DNA of 47,958 nucleotides from a virus (Duplodnaviria > Caudoviricetes): positions 1 through 47,958 of the IMG/VR virus record IMGVR_UViG_3300037478_000109; one strand, 5' to 3'. Below the pieces are notes generated by a model. It was given only the letters and a program-made list of their open reading frames with translations. It was not told the DNA's origin and did no database searches. Shown piece after piece: positions 16,975-26,600 of the stretch. The first letter of the stretch is position 1, and each line of letters opens with the position of its first letter. Made by a program: the position numbers and the translations under genes.

Positions 16975-19064
16975 GTCTATCCGTGGATCTGGAGACCCGC
17001 TCCACCGTTGACCTACGCAAGACCGGTGTCCACCGGTACGCGCGCGATTTGAGCACGGACGTCTGGTGCATGGCCTTTGCGTATGACAACCAGTCTGAAC
17101 CCCAGATCTGGGTCCCAGGCGACCCAGTCCCCAGCGCCGTCAGAGTCTCGCACGGCGACCGGGACTGCGAGTTCCGGGCGTTCAACGCCGCCTTCGAGCG
17201 GATCGTCTGGAAGTACGTCCTGGTCCCCCGGTACGGGTTCCCGGAGCTGCCCGACGACAAGTGGGTCTGCACGATGGTCGAGGCGGCGGCGCTCGGCCTC
17301 CCGATGTCCCTGGAGGCGGCGGCTAAGGTGCTCGGGCTGGACGTCGAGAAGGACATGGACGGCCGGCGCCTGATGCTCCAGATGGCGAAGCCCCGGCGGC
17401 CCCGGAAGGACGAGGACCCGGACGCCCTGCTCTGGTGGGACGACGAGGACCGCCGCCAGCGCCTTTATGCGTACTGCAAGCAAGATGTACAGGTGGAGCA
17501 AGCGGTCGCGGACAAGCTCCGCCGCCTGTCACCGATGGAGCGGGAGGTCTACCTCCTGGACCAGAGGGTCAACGACCGTGGGGTGTACATAGACATGCCC
17601 CTCGTGCGGGCCGCGGGGGACCTGATGGCCCGGGCCACCTCCGTCGCGGACGAAGAGATGGCGGCCCTGACCGGGGGCGCGGTGGACGCGGTCACGAAGC
17701 ACGCCGACCTCCGGCTCTGGCTCAATGACCAGGGCGTCGAGGTGGACTCGGTCGCTAAGGACATCGTCCGGGACCTCCTGGCGGACGAGCTGGACCCTGC
17801 GGTGCGGGACGTGCTCCAGGTCCGGGCCGACGCCGGCAAGAGTAGCACCGCCAAGCTCGCGGCGATGGAGCTGGCGGTGGACGAGGACGACCGGGCGCGC
17901 GGGCTCTACCAGTACCACGGGGCCGGCACGGGCCGGTGGTCCGGGCGCCGGGTGCAGGGCCAGAACCTCCCCCGCCCCACGTTCAAGCCGGACCCTTTCA
18001 TCCCGCTCGTGATGGCCGGCGAGTACGACCTGATCGAGATGGACCAGCCGGTCCCGGTCGTCGTGTCGAATATGCTGCGGTCCATGCTCCGGGCGGCCCC
18101 CGGCCGCGTGCTCCGGCAGGGTGACTACGGCCAGATCGAGGCCCGGGTCCTGGCCTGGATCGCGGGGCAGGAAGACCTCCTCGCGCTGTTCGCGGCCGGC
18201 GGGAAGATCTATGAGGAGATGGGCGCGTTCATCTTCAACGTCCCCGTGGACCAGGTGGGGCCGGACTCGTTCGAGCGCCAGGTCGGGAAGAACACGATCC
18301 TCGGCTGCGGCTTCCAGATGGGCGCCGACCGGTTCGCGGAGCAGGCCCAGGAACAGACGGGCATCGTGCTCGACCGGGGCGAGTGTGTTATTCGCTGCCG
18401 TGCATGTGGGCGTGAGGAGACCCGTTGCGGCGGCCAGCCTTTAACACTGAAGTGCTGCCACAAGGAAGACCGCGAAGTCGAGTGGGTCCGGGAGGACGTG
18501 AGCGCCAAGGCCGTGAACGGGTACCGTGACAAGAACGACAGGATCAAGGCGTTCTGGCCCGCGATCAATGACGCCGCGATCCGGGCCGTGGCGGAGCCGG
18601 GCACTGTGCAGTGCGTCGGCCGGAACGACGGCGTCCGGTACACGAAGCGCGGCCCCTATCTGTGGTGCCGTCTGCCCAGCGGCCGGTTCCTCGCGTACGC
18701 CAAGCCACAGCTTGGACAGCGCCGCCTACCGGAGCCCTGGGACGACGTGAAGAAGACCGCCGTGTCCTACCTCACCGTCAACTCGGTCACGCGGAAGTGG
18801 GGGCGGGTGTGGACGTACGGCGGGCACCTCACCGAGAACGTGGTCCAGGCCATGGCCCGGGACCTGATGGCGTCGGCTATGCTGCGCCTGGAGAAGGCGG
18901 GCTACCCGATCGTAACACACACGCACGACGAAATCGTGTGCGAGTGCGACCCGGACGAGGGGTCACTGGAGGAGTTCTTGAAGCTGATGAAACGACGCCC
19001 GCGTTGGGCTCGCGGACTCCCAGTTGCAGTAGGAGGATACGAGAGTGACAGATACAAGAAGTAG
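16971..19064 (+). CDS. polA: Family A DNA polymerase (SPO2/APSE-like) with 3'-5' exonuclease
   Basis: DLETRS, FNAAFE, YCKQDV, TGRWSG, DYGQIEARVLAW, RQVGKNTILGCGFQMG, ENVVQA, HDE. Confidence 0.95.
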   Translation: MSLSVDLETRSTVDLRKTGVHRYARDLSTDVWCMAFAYDNQSEPQIWVPGDPVPSAVRVSHGDRDCEFRAFNAAFERIVWKYVLVPRYGFPELPDDKWVCTMVEAAALGLPMSLEAAAKVLGLDVEKDMDGRRLMLQMAKPRRPRKDEDPDALLWWDDEDRRQRLYAYCKQDVQVEQAVADKLRRLSPMEREVYLLDQRVNDRGVYIDMPLVRAAGDLMARATSVADEEMAALTGGAVDAVTKHADLRLWLNDQGVEVDSVAKDIVRDLLADELDPAVRDVLQVRADAGKSSTAKLAAMELAVDEDDRARGLYQYHGAGTGRWSGRRVQGQNLPRPTFKPDPFIPLVMAGEYDLIEMDQPVPVVVSNMLRSMLRAAPGRVLRQGDYGQIEARVLAWIAGQEDLLALFAAGGKIYEEMGAFIFNVPVDQVGPDSFERQVGKNTILGCGFQMGADRFAEQAQEQTGIVLDRGECVIRCRACGREETRCGGQPLTLKCCHKEDREVEWVREDVSAKAVNGYRDKNDRIKAFWPAINDAAIRAVAEPGTVQCVGRNDGVRYTKRGPYLWCRLPSGRFLAYAKPQLGQRRLPEPWDDVKKTAVSYLTVNSVTRKWGRVWTYGGHLTENVVQAMARDLMASAMLRLEKAGYPIVTHTHDEIVCECDPDEGSLEEFLKLMKRRPRWARGLPVAVGGYESDRYKK

Positions 19065-19572
19065 AGAGCGCTGGGCCGACGTGCCCGGGTGGGAGGAACT
19101 GTACCAGGTCAGTGATCGGGGCCGGGTTCGGCGTGCCGCTCCCGGGAGGGGGACCCGTTCCGGTCGCGTACTTATCCCGGGGCTAGATAGCGGTGGGTAC
19201 CCATTTGTTGTGCTCTCTGCTGCGCCTCGTCGAAAGTGGATGCGCGTGCATCGGCTGGTTCTACTCGCCTGGGTGGGCCCGTGTCCTGAAGGGTCGTTGG
19301 GTTTACACCGCAATGGCGACCGAGGAGACAACGGGCTCGACAACCTGTACTACGGGAGTCAGATGGACAACATGCGGGACGCCCGCGAGCACGGCACCCT
19401 CGCAGTCGGGGAGAAACATGGTAACTCACAACTGACAGAAGCACTGGTCCGAACAATCCGCCGGCGGACGAAGATAGGTGTTACGCAAGCGGAGTTGAGT
19501 CGTGAGCTTGGGGTATCCAATAACGCAGTCCACTTTGTCGTCCACGGGCGCACCTGGGGTCACGTCGCTTGA
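19045..19572 (+). CDS. NUMOD4-HNH homing endonuclease with C-terminal HTH
   Basis: ERWADVPGWEELYQVSDRGRVR, VHRLVLLAW, HRNGDRGDNGLDNLYYGSQMDN. Confidence 0.9.
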   Translation: MTDTRSRERWADVPGWEELYQVSDRGRVRRAAPGRGTRSGRVLIPGLDSGGYPFVVLSAAPRRKWMRVHRLVLLAWVGPCPEGSLGLHRNGDRGDNGLDNLYYGSQMDNMRDAREHGTLAVGEKHGNSQLTEALVRTIRRRTKIGVTQAELSRELGVSNNAVHFVVHGRTWGHVA

Positions 19573-21941
19573 GCGCCACCCGACTGTACGACGCCGGCTA
19601 CACGGCGCTGGTCCCGGTCATCCCACCGGGCGTGCGGATGTCCCCCCGGTCCAAAGTCCACCCGGACAACCGGGGGAAGATCCCCGGACTGCGGCGGTCG
19701 GACGGGTGGGTCGGGATGCACGACTGGCAGAAGTACGAGGCCACGCCCAAGGACCCCGCCCGCTGGGACCGCTGGGGAGCCAACGTCGGCATGATCGCGG
19801 ACGCCTACCCGGGCGTGGACATAGACGTGGACGACGAACAGCTCGCGCGCGTCTGCACCAAGTTCGCGCTGGAGCACCTCGGCCCGGCCCCGTGCCGTCT
19901 GTCGAGGGGAAGCCGGCGACTACTGGTGTACCGGACGGACGCGCCGTTCCCGAAGACAGTTCTGGAGATCGAGTACCGGGGCGAGACGCACAAGGTCGAG
20001 GTGCTCGGCCGGGGTTGCCAGTTCTTGGTGCATGGGACGCACCCGTTGGGCGAACGGTACCGTTGGGCCCGGTCCGAGCTGTGGGACGTCGAGCCGAACA
20101 ACCTGGCGTTAGTGGGCGCCGCGGACGTACAACGGTACTTTAGCGCTCTCTCTAGCGCCCTCAGTGGAAAAGGTATCCAGTGCCGGGTCCGCGGCACGCA
20201 CGACCACGAGCGCGGCCCCGTCCCGGCGCAGGAGGATCTGCGGGCGCCGGACCTGGAGGCCCTGGAGGACGTGGTCAGCCGCATCCCGAACACGAGCGCC
20301 GGCTACCCGACCCGGGAAGACTACGTCGCGTTCGGTCACGCCGTGAAGGCCGCGGGCGGGGACGACGCGCTCTACATCTTCCAGGACTGGGCCGGGCGGT
20401 GGGACGAGGGGGTCAATGACCCGGAGATCGTGGCGGCGGACTGGGACCGGATGCGCCCCCCGTTCAGGATCGGGTGGGAGTGGCTCCGGCAGCGGGCGGG
20501 GGACGACGCCCAGGACGAGTTCGAGGTGGACCCGACCGCGGTCGCGCCCCTGCCCCCCGCGGTCTACCTGACGGAGGAGGACTTCGTCGAACGGGTGCTG
20601 CCCGAGGTCCGGGACCAGCTCCGGTACGTCCCGGAGGAGAGGCGCCCGTGGCGCGTGTGGAACGGGCACCGCTGGGTCGAGGACAAGCTGCTCGCGGCGC
20701 AGCGCGTCATCCGGGACCCGCTGCGTCTGCTCTCGCGACAGCTCGACAAGCGGTCGAAGAGCCCGGACATAGAGAAGGAAGCCAAGACCGCGTACCGGGC
20801 CGCCGCGAAGAAGGTGCAGTCGGACACCGGCATCCGGGCCGTGACGTCGCTCCTCCGAGTCCACCTGACTTGCACCCCCGATCAGTTCGACGCGGACCGG
20901 TGGGTCCTGAACACCCCGGGCAAGCTGATTGATCTCCGGACCGGGCGGGCGGTCAGCCGGGGCCCGGACGATCTGTTGTCGAAGTCCACGCTCGTCACCC
21001 CCGCCGGCCGGTACGACCCGGCCCGCGCGCCGCGGTGGTCCGCGTTCATGGAGCATATCTCTGACGGGGACCCGGAGCTGGCGGGCTTCCTCCAGCGGTA
21101 CGCCGGCTACTGCACGACGGGCGACGTCGGGGAGAAGGTGTTCGTGTTCGCGTGGGGCCCGAGCGGCTCCGGAAAGAGCACGTTCGTCAACGCCCTGTCC
21201 ACGATCCTGGGAGACTACGCGGGCCACGTCGCGATGGAGACGCTACTCGGCGCAGGGCGGGGGCGCGTGCTGGACGACGTGGCCCAGCTCGTGGGCAAGC
21301 GCCTCGTCACCGCGGCCGAGCCCCAGGCCGGCGCGTCCTGGAACGACGAGCTGGTGAAGGCGATCACCGGCCGCGACGTGCTCACGGTCCGCAAGCTCTA
21401 CGAGAGCAACTTCCAGTTGAGGCCGCAGTTTAAGCTGCTGATCGGCGGGAACCACGAGCCGAAGGTCGGGCGCCTGGACGACGCGATGAAGCGTCGGCTC
21501 CTGATCGCGCCCCTCACGAACGTCGTGCCGGAGGCGGAGGAGATCGGGGAATATGACGCCCTGCTCGTCGAGGAAGAGGGCCCCCAGATCCTGGCCTGGA
21601 TGCTGGAGGGGTGCGCCGCGTGGCAGCGGGACGGGCTGAACCCGCCCGCCGCGGTGACGTCCGTCACGGAGCGGTACTGGGCCTCGGAGGACAACGTCGG
21701 CCAGTGGATCGAGGACGCGTGCGAGCTGGGCCCGGAGAACGAGGCGAGCCGGTCCGAGCTGTACGAGAGCTGGTGTCAGTGGTGCGGGGCGCGCGGCCTG
21801 AAGCCTGGGACCAGCGCGGACCTGAAGCAGGCGATGGACGGCCGGGGGCTCGACCTACAGGACGGCCGGGTCGGGTCCCGGGAGGGACGGGTGCGGGGCT
21901 ACCGAGGGATTCGAGTGCTACTAGACCTGGAGGGGATATGA
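19569..21941 (+). CDS. Bifunctional primase-polymerase + PriCT-2 + D5-like SF3 helicase
   Basis: ANVG...GVDIDVD, GTHP, PriCT-2-like segment, GPSGSGKST, KAITGRD, GNHEP, AMKRRL; TTGA-coupled start. Confidence 0.92.
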   Translation: MSATRLYDAGYTALVPVIPPGVRMSPRSKVHPDNRGKIPGLRRSDGWVGMHDWQKYEATPKDPARWDRWGANVGMIADAYPGVDIDVDDEQLARVCTKFALEHLGPAPCRLSRGSRRLLVYRTDAPFPKTVLEIEYRGETHKVEVLGRGCQFLVHGTHPLGERYRWARSELWDVEPNNLALVGAADVQRYFSALSSALSGKGIQCRVRGTHDHERGPVPAQEDLRAPDLEALEDVVSRIPNTSAGYPTREDYVAFGHAVKAAGGDDALYIFQDWAGRWDEGVNDPEIVAADWDRMRPPFRIGWEWLRQRAGDDAQDEFEVDPTAVAPLPPAVYLTEEDFVERVLPEVRDQLRYVPEERRPWRVWNGHRWVEDKLLAAQRVIRDPLRLLSRQLDKRSKSPDIEKEAKTAYRAAAKKVQSDTGIRAVTSLLRVHLTCTPDQFDADRWVLNTPGKLIDLRTGRAVSRGPDDLLSKSTLVTPAGRYDPARAPRWSAFMEHISDGDPELAGFLQRYAGYCTTGDVGEKVFVFAWGPSGSGKSTFVNALSTILGDYAGHVAMETLLGAGRGRVLDDVAQLVGKRLVTAAEPQAGASWNDELVKAITGRDVLTVRKLYESNFQLRPQFKLLIGGNHEPKVGRLDDAMKRRLLIAPLTNVVPEAEEIGEYDALLVEEEGPQILAWMLEGCAAWQRDGLNPPAAVTSVTERYWASEDNVGQWIEDACELGPENEASRSELYESWCQWCGARGLKPGTSADLKQAMDGRGLDLQDGRVGSREGRVRGYRGIRVLLDLEGI

Positions 21942-22420
21942 AGTTGATATGTGACGGCGGGTGCGGCGCCGAGGGGCGGAAGACGGGCCCCAGTCGTGTC
22001 GGCACGACGTGTGATACGCGGGGGTGCATGGGCGTCCTGGTTGAGGACGTCTTATCTGGCGCGCAGACGGACCAATACGGCCCCGTTACGCCACATCCGG
22101 CGCTGCCCACTGACTCCGCGGCCCGGAAGAACACGCCGATGGCCCGAGGGTGCCTGGACTACTTCCCGGCGGCGTTCGCCGCGGTGGCCCAGCTCTCCAA
22201 GGCCGGCAACGACAAGCACAACCCGGGGGAGGAGCTGCACCACGCCCGGGGCAAGAGCGCGGACCACGCGGACTGCATCCTCCGCCACCTGGTGGACCGC
22301 GGGACCGTGGACCCGGAGGACGGCATCCGTCACTCGGTCAAGGTCGCGTGGCGCGCGCTCGCCCTGCTCCAGGAGGAGCTAGAGGCGGCCGGCGCGCCCA
22401 AGGCGCGGGGGGCGCGCTGA
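21938..22420 (+). CDS. DUF5664-family protein (dNTP diphosphohydrolase-associated domain) with N-terminal Cys motif
   Basis: ARKNTPMARGCLDYFPAAFAAVAQLSKAGNDKHNPGE...CILRHL...HSVKVAWRALALLQ; start ATG 21938. Confidence 0.75.
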   Translation: MKLICDGGCGAEGRKTGPSRVGTTCDTRGCMGVLVEDVLSGAQTDQYGPVTPHPALPTDSAARKNTPMARGCLDYFPAAFAAVAQLSKAGNDKHNPGEELHHARGKSADHADCILRHLVDRGTVDPEDGIRHSVKVAWRALALLQEELEAAGAPKARGAR

Positions 22421-22524
22421 CCCCGCACGAGCTGGTGGCCCGCTGGCGCGAGGAGGTGATCTTCCTCCGCGGCCGGGGGCTCGACGAGGCCGCCGCCCTG
22501 ACCGACGCCCACGCGGACGACCTC
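22417..22524 (+). pseudogene. 5' remnant of a small gene (possibly excisionase-like), cut at the apparent deletion junction
   Basis: CTGA-coupled (M)TPHELVARWREEVIFLRGRGLDEAAALTDAHADDL; coding bias then moves to the integrase frame. Confidence 0.5.
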
Positions 22525-23101
22525 CCGCCGGCCGCGCCTATACTACGAGGACTACATCCAGCTCCAGGCGCACGCGGACGAGGTACACCCCCGGTTCCCG
22601 GCGTTCCTCCAGCTCGTGGAGTCGCTCGGGTGGCGGGTGTCGGCAATCTGTAGCTTGCGCGTTGATGACTTCGACGCAAGCTCGACCTTGACACGGCCGT
22701 ACGGGCGCCTGCTGAAGCGGGCCGAGACGGACAAGATGGGGGTGGAGCGCTGGACCGTCCTACCGCGCGAGGCGCGCGACGCTCTCGTCTCCCTGCTCCC
22801 GGGGCGCCGGGGGTTCCTCTTCCCGGCGGAGAGGGGCCGGGGCCCCTGGAGCCGCTTCTACGCGCGCGGGCTGCTGTCGGAGGCGTGGGACCTGACCGAG
22901 GTCCCGGGGGAGCGGTTCGTCGCGTTCCACGCCTTCCGGCGGAAGTGGGTGGACGAGCGGGACCACCTACCGGACCACGTCGTGGCGGCGCAGGGCGCAT
23001 GGCTTAGTACCCGCACGCTCGACATCTACCGCGCCCCGAGCGAGGAGGCACTGCTTGAGGCCGCGACCACGAACAGGAAACTCAGGAGGAACGGATCATG
23101 A
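22525..23101 (+). pseudogene. int: Tyrosine integrase, catalytic domain only (N-terminal domains missing)
   Basis: RRPRLYYEDY...LGWRVSAICSLR...DKMG...FHAFRRKW...GAW...DIY contains R-K-HxxR-W-Y. The frame is closed by TGA at 22499 and has no ATG/GTG/TTG before 22616. Confidence 0.8.
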
Positions 23102-23340
23102 TCGAGTTCATGGATGAAGATGAATTACTGGCTGAGTTTCATCGCGCGGACATCCTGCTGCCCAGGGAGCGCGCGGCCCGGGAGCGTCGTCGGGCGATGC
23201 GGGGACAGCAGGGCCACCTCAGCGCGGCGCTCGCTGATGCAGCCGCGCTACAACAACTCGCCGCCGCCCGACAATCGGGGTCGCGTATGGGCGGTCTCAG
23301 CGGTCTCAGCGGTCTCGGCGGTCTGTTTGGCAATTGGTGA
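23098..23340 (+). CDS. Hypothetical protein with Gly-Leu-Ser repeat tail
   Basis: AGGAG RBS, ATGA coupling; GCGGTCTC(A/G)-like unit x4 at 23291-23325. Confidence 0.55.
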   Translation: MIEFMDEDELLAEFHRADILLPRERAARERRRAMRGQQGHLSAALADAAALQQLAAARQSGSRMGGLSGLSGLGGLFGNW

Positions 23341-23579
23341 GAACGTGTTGCAGAACGCGAGCGGGACGAAATAGGACGAAACGTCCTAAGTCGTGTAGTC
23401 CCAACGAGTGGGCGCTGCTGGACTCGAACCAGCGACCCCCTGCTTGTAAGGCAGGGCGGGCCGAGTTAGATGCCGGCGTGGTAACGGGATTGGCTGGTAG
23501 ATCCTGGGATTCTACCCGCTTTCGTTACGGGCCCCCGGCGCCATCTCGGGGAGAACGTGTTGCAGAATGTGTTGCAGAA
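23339..23579. repeat. Arm-type integrase-binding direct repeats GTGTTGCAGAA x3 flanking the attP core
   Basis: At 23345-23355, 23557-23567 and 23569-23579; the first two extend to GAGAACGTGTTGCAGAA. Confidence 0.8.
23409..23455 (-). other. attP core: 3' half of tRNA-Val(UAC)
   Basis: Reverse strand CCTGC CTTACAA GCAGG GGGTC GCTGG TTCGAGT CCAGC AGCGCCC A (anticodon arm, T arm, acceptor 3' strand). No complementary 5' half; lies downstream of int. Confidence 0.88.
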
Positions 23580-23628
23580 TGTTGGCACTTACGCGCAAGT
23601 ACCGACACTTAGGCGCAAGTATGGGCGG

Positions 23629-26600
23629 TTAACGGCGCAGGAACGATAGATCCGGGGGCGGGCGTTGCGCGGGCGCCTCGTCCTCCCGCTCCCGGAGCCG
23701 TTGCAAGAGCAACGGGATACCGACCGCAGCGCCCCCGGCCGCCGCGGCACCGGCCACGGCCTCGGGAAGCGCGGCGCCGAGGCGGAGCCCCTCACGCTGT
23801 AGGCGCTCCCGGTCGGCGGGGGTAATGCGGATGACGGGGTGGGTGTTGATCGCGGCCTCTTCGCCGAGGGTCACTACAGCTCGCGCCTTCGCTTCCTCCA
23901 TCGTCCGCCCCGTACCGAGTATTATCCCATGTTCACGGACACGGTAGACGTCCCCTTGCAGTTCGTACTGAATCCCATCTCTCGCGTCGAGTTCGGTGAT
24001 CCCAATGGGCACGTCCTCCACCGTCAGACCCAGACGCTTCGCCTGCGCGCGCATGACGCCCGGGACCAGCTCGTCGTAGAAGGCGGTCATACCCTCACCG
24101 CCGACGGCGAGGTCTTCGCCTTCGATGACACGACGGGAGGACTTGACATCGTAAGCCACGTCCACGAGAAACCCCATCTCCTCGTCCGTAAAATTGCTGC
24201 CTGAGATCACGCGGTCCCACGTTTTACCACTAGACTCCATCTCATCAGCGATGTAGTCGAGAATCTCTTCTTGTTCGGACGTGAGCCCTTTCCCGTTGCC
24301 GTAACCTTCAATGTATTCCCGTACGTCGGGGGCGCTGGTTTCAAACTGCGCCTCTCGGCTTGTGAGACGCTCCGCCGGACCCTTACCGATGTACTGCTCA
24401 AGTTCTTCTGGCGTACGCACGGTCTCGCGCAGGACTTCATCGCCCTGCAAGTCATGGGCGACTAGCTCGTGCCCGTCCCACTCAAGACGTTCGACGTGCT
24501 TCCGCAAGTCGAACATGTCCGCGGCCTGCTCCCCACGGATCATAGCCACCCCGTCCGTCCCGCTCTCCAGGGCCTCTTGAATCGCGCGGTGGACACCGAG
24601 GCCCACCCACTCCGCGGTTTCCTTGTAGGGGCGGTCGGGTACGGCGCCACGCGCTTGCTGCGCGGGCTGCTCCACGATCTCCAACACGGGATGCATATTC
24701 TCCGGGAGTCCGGCCAGGTACTGCTCGGCCGACTCGCGTGAGGGGTGAACGTCGGAATAGTTCCCGGAGTGGCGATTGCGGACGATGTAGCCGAGAGTCT
24801 GGTCCGTCTGGAACCCACGGTCCCTACCCGCCTGGGCCCAATCGTCCTGCAACTCATTGACCATAGTGTACCGGCCACCGTCCGCGCCGCGGTGGGTCTC
24901 GGTGCGGATATGGGTCATGGCGTTGTCTTCGTCCCAGTGGGGGGATTTGTACGTCTGCACGCCCTCGGGGTTGAAGACAACTTGGTAGGGGTCCTGATTT
25001 CCTGACGCCCGCGGCTCCAGCCGCGTGATTATCACCTTGTAGTCCCCCTCGCCGCCGGGTAGCGTGTACTCTGCGAACTTGGGTTCCGAGGCTGACCCCA
25101 AACTCGCTTCGTTGACGATCTGCTCCGTCCCGTCGCTGTACGCGACCAGATAGTCCCCGGCAGGTAGGCGTTCTGCGATCTCACCATCGAGATCACCCAC
25201 TCGATCTCCAATTTTGAAAGAAGTACGCCGTCCGAGTACCGTCTCCGTCAACCGGGGCCGGTTCGCCTCGAAGAACTCCTCCACCTCAGCGCGCGTGATA
25301 GACTCGCCGCGGCGCGACTCCAGCCACTTGTCGATCCCCGACCACTCCCGCTCGGTCTTCGACTGGGGGGCGTTACGGAGTAGCTTCTGCCAGCGAACAC
25401 CGGTCGTCTTGGCCGGGATCTTGGGGTGGGTCTCCAGGAACGCGCGCACGGGGGAGATCCAGGTTCCGCTCATACCAGTGTCCACCTGTCCAGCGGGGGG
25501 CGTGGGTGCTTCCACCCCTCCACTCTCGCCCAATCCACGGGCGGACGCAAGGTCTTCCGTGACCGCCTCCCGCTGGAGCGCCGTCACCGGGTCCACGTCC
25601 CCACCTAGGTAGGACCGCTCCCCCGCGGCGCGCCCCTGTTCTATGGTCCCCCGGTTCACCGCCGCCTGGGCCTCACGGGCGATGTCCTCAGCCCCCGGGT
25701 CCGACGCGCGCTGGCCGCCCGGCCGGAGCGCGGACTCGGCCGCACGCCGATCCGGCGTCGGGATGTACCCACCCCCGCCCAGGTGGAAGTACCCGTCCTG
25801 GCCCCGGACGCGAGACAGGTGTTCCGCCTCCCCCTGGCCCGGGACGAGGTCTACCACGTCGAGCACGACCTCGTCCCCGCTCTCGGCGGCGCGCTCCCAC
25901 GTACCGACGCCCCTGCCAGGCTCCGCCAGGGCCTCGGCGAACTCCTCCTCAAACTCCCGGAGGACGGACGGCGTCAGCGGGCCCGGGACGACCTTGTCGT
26001 CCCCGGGGAACGCGGCCACGCTGTACGTGTCCTTCCCGAGTACGTTCTCTCCGCCCAGGGTGAACGTGGAGCCCTTGTTCTCCGGGTCCGCGTAGTGCGC
26101 CTCGACCTGGGACAGGTGCCGCCGGCCACGCTCGGTGGCGGGCGTCGGGTTGAACCGGACGTTGACCCCGCCCACCCCGTACCCCTCCCACCCGGCGTCA
26201 GCCATCAGGGCCTCCATCCGGTTCTTGGCCTGGTTCCCGTGGGCTGGGAGCCCCTCCGTCTGGAGCGACTCGGTCGCGGCGCGGTAGAAGTCCTGGATCT
26301 GGTCCATGTCCCGGAGGTGGCTCGCGGCGGGCACGTCCACGTCCACGGACGGCTGGCCCCGGAACCGGGGCTCGACCCGGCCACCCTCGCCGTACCAGAA
26401 GGACGGCTTGACCGCCTCCTCCGGATAAGCCGCGAAGCGGGCGCGCTCCTCCCCGGCCTGGCCGGTGCCGTAGCGGGCGGGGTCGATCACGTCCAGGTCC
26501 TTCGCCCGCGGCCCGTAGTGGGTGAGGCGGATCGTCTCCTCCGATCCCTCAAGCACGGGCCGGGGGAGCCGACCGGTGATCGCCTCCCCACCGGGGAGCG

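Noticed and set aside
22507-22582. CACGCGGACGA repeat near the integrase junction as the deletion microhomology
   Set aside because: Both copies are retained and integrase-like sequence starts between them; likely coincidental AHAD codons.
23409-23485. Complete tRNA-Val gene
   Set aside because: No 5' acceptor strand (GGGCGCT) or D arm upstream of the anticodon stem; context indicates an attP core.
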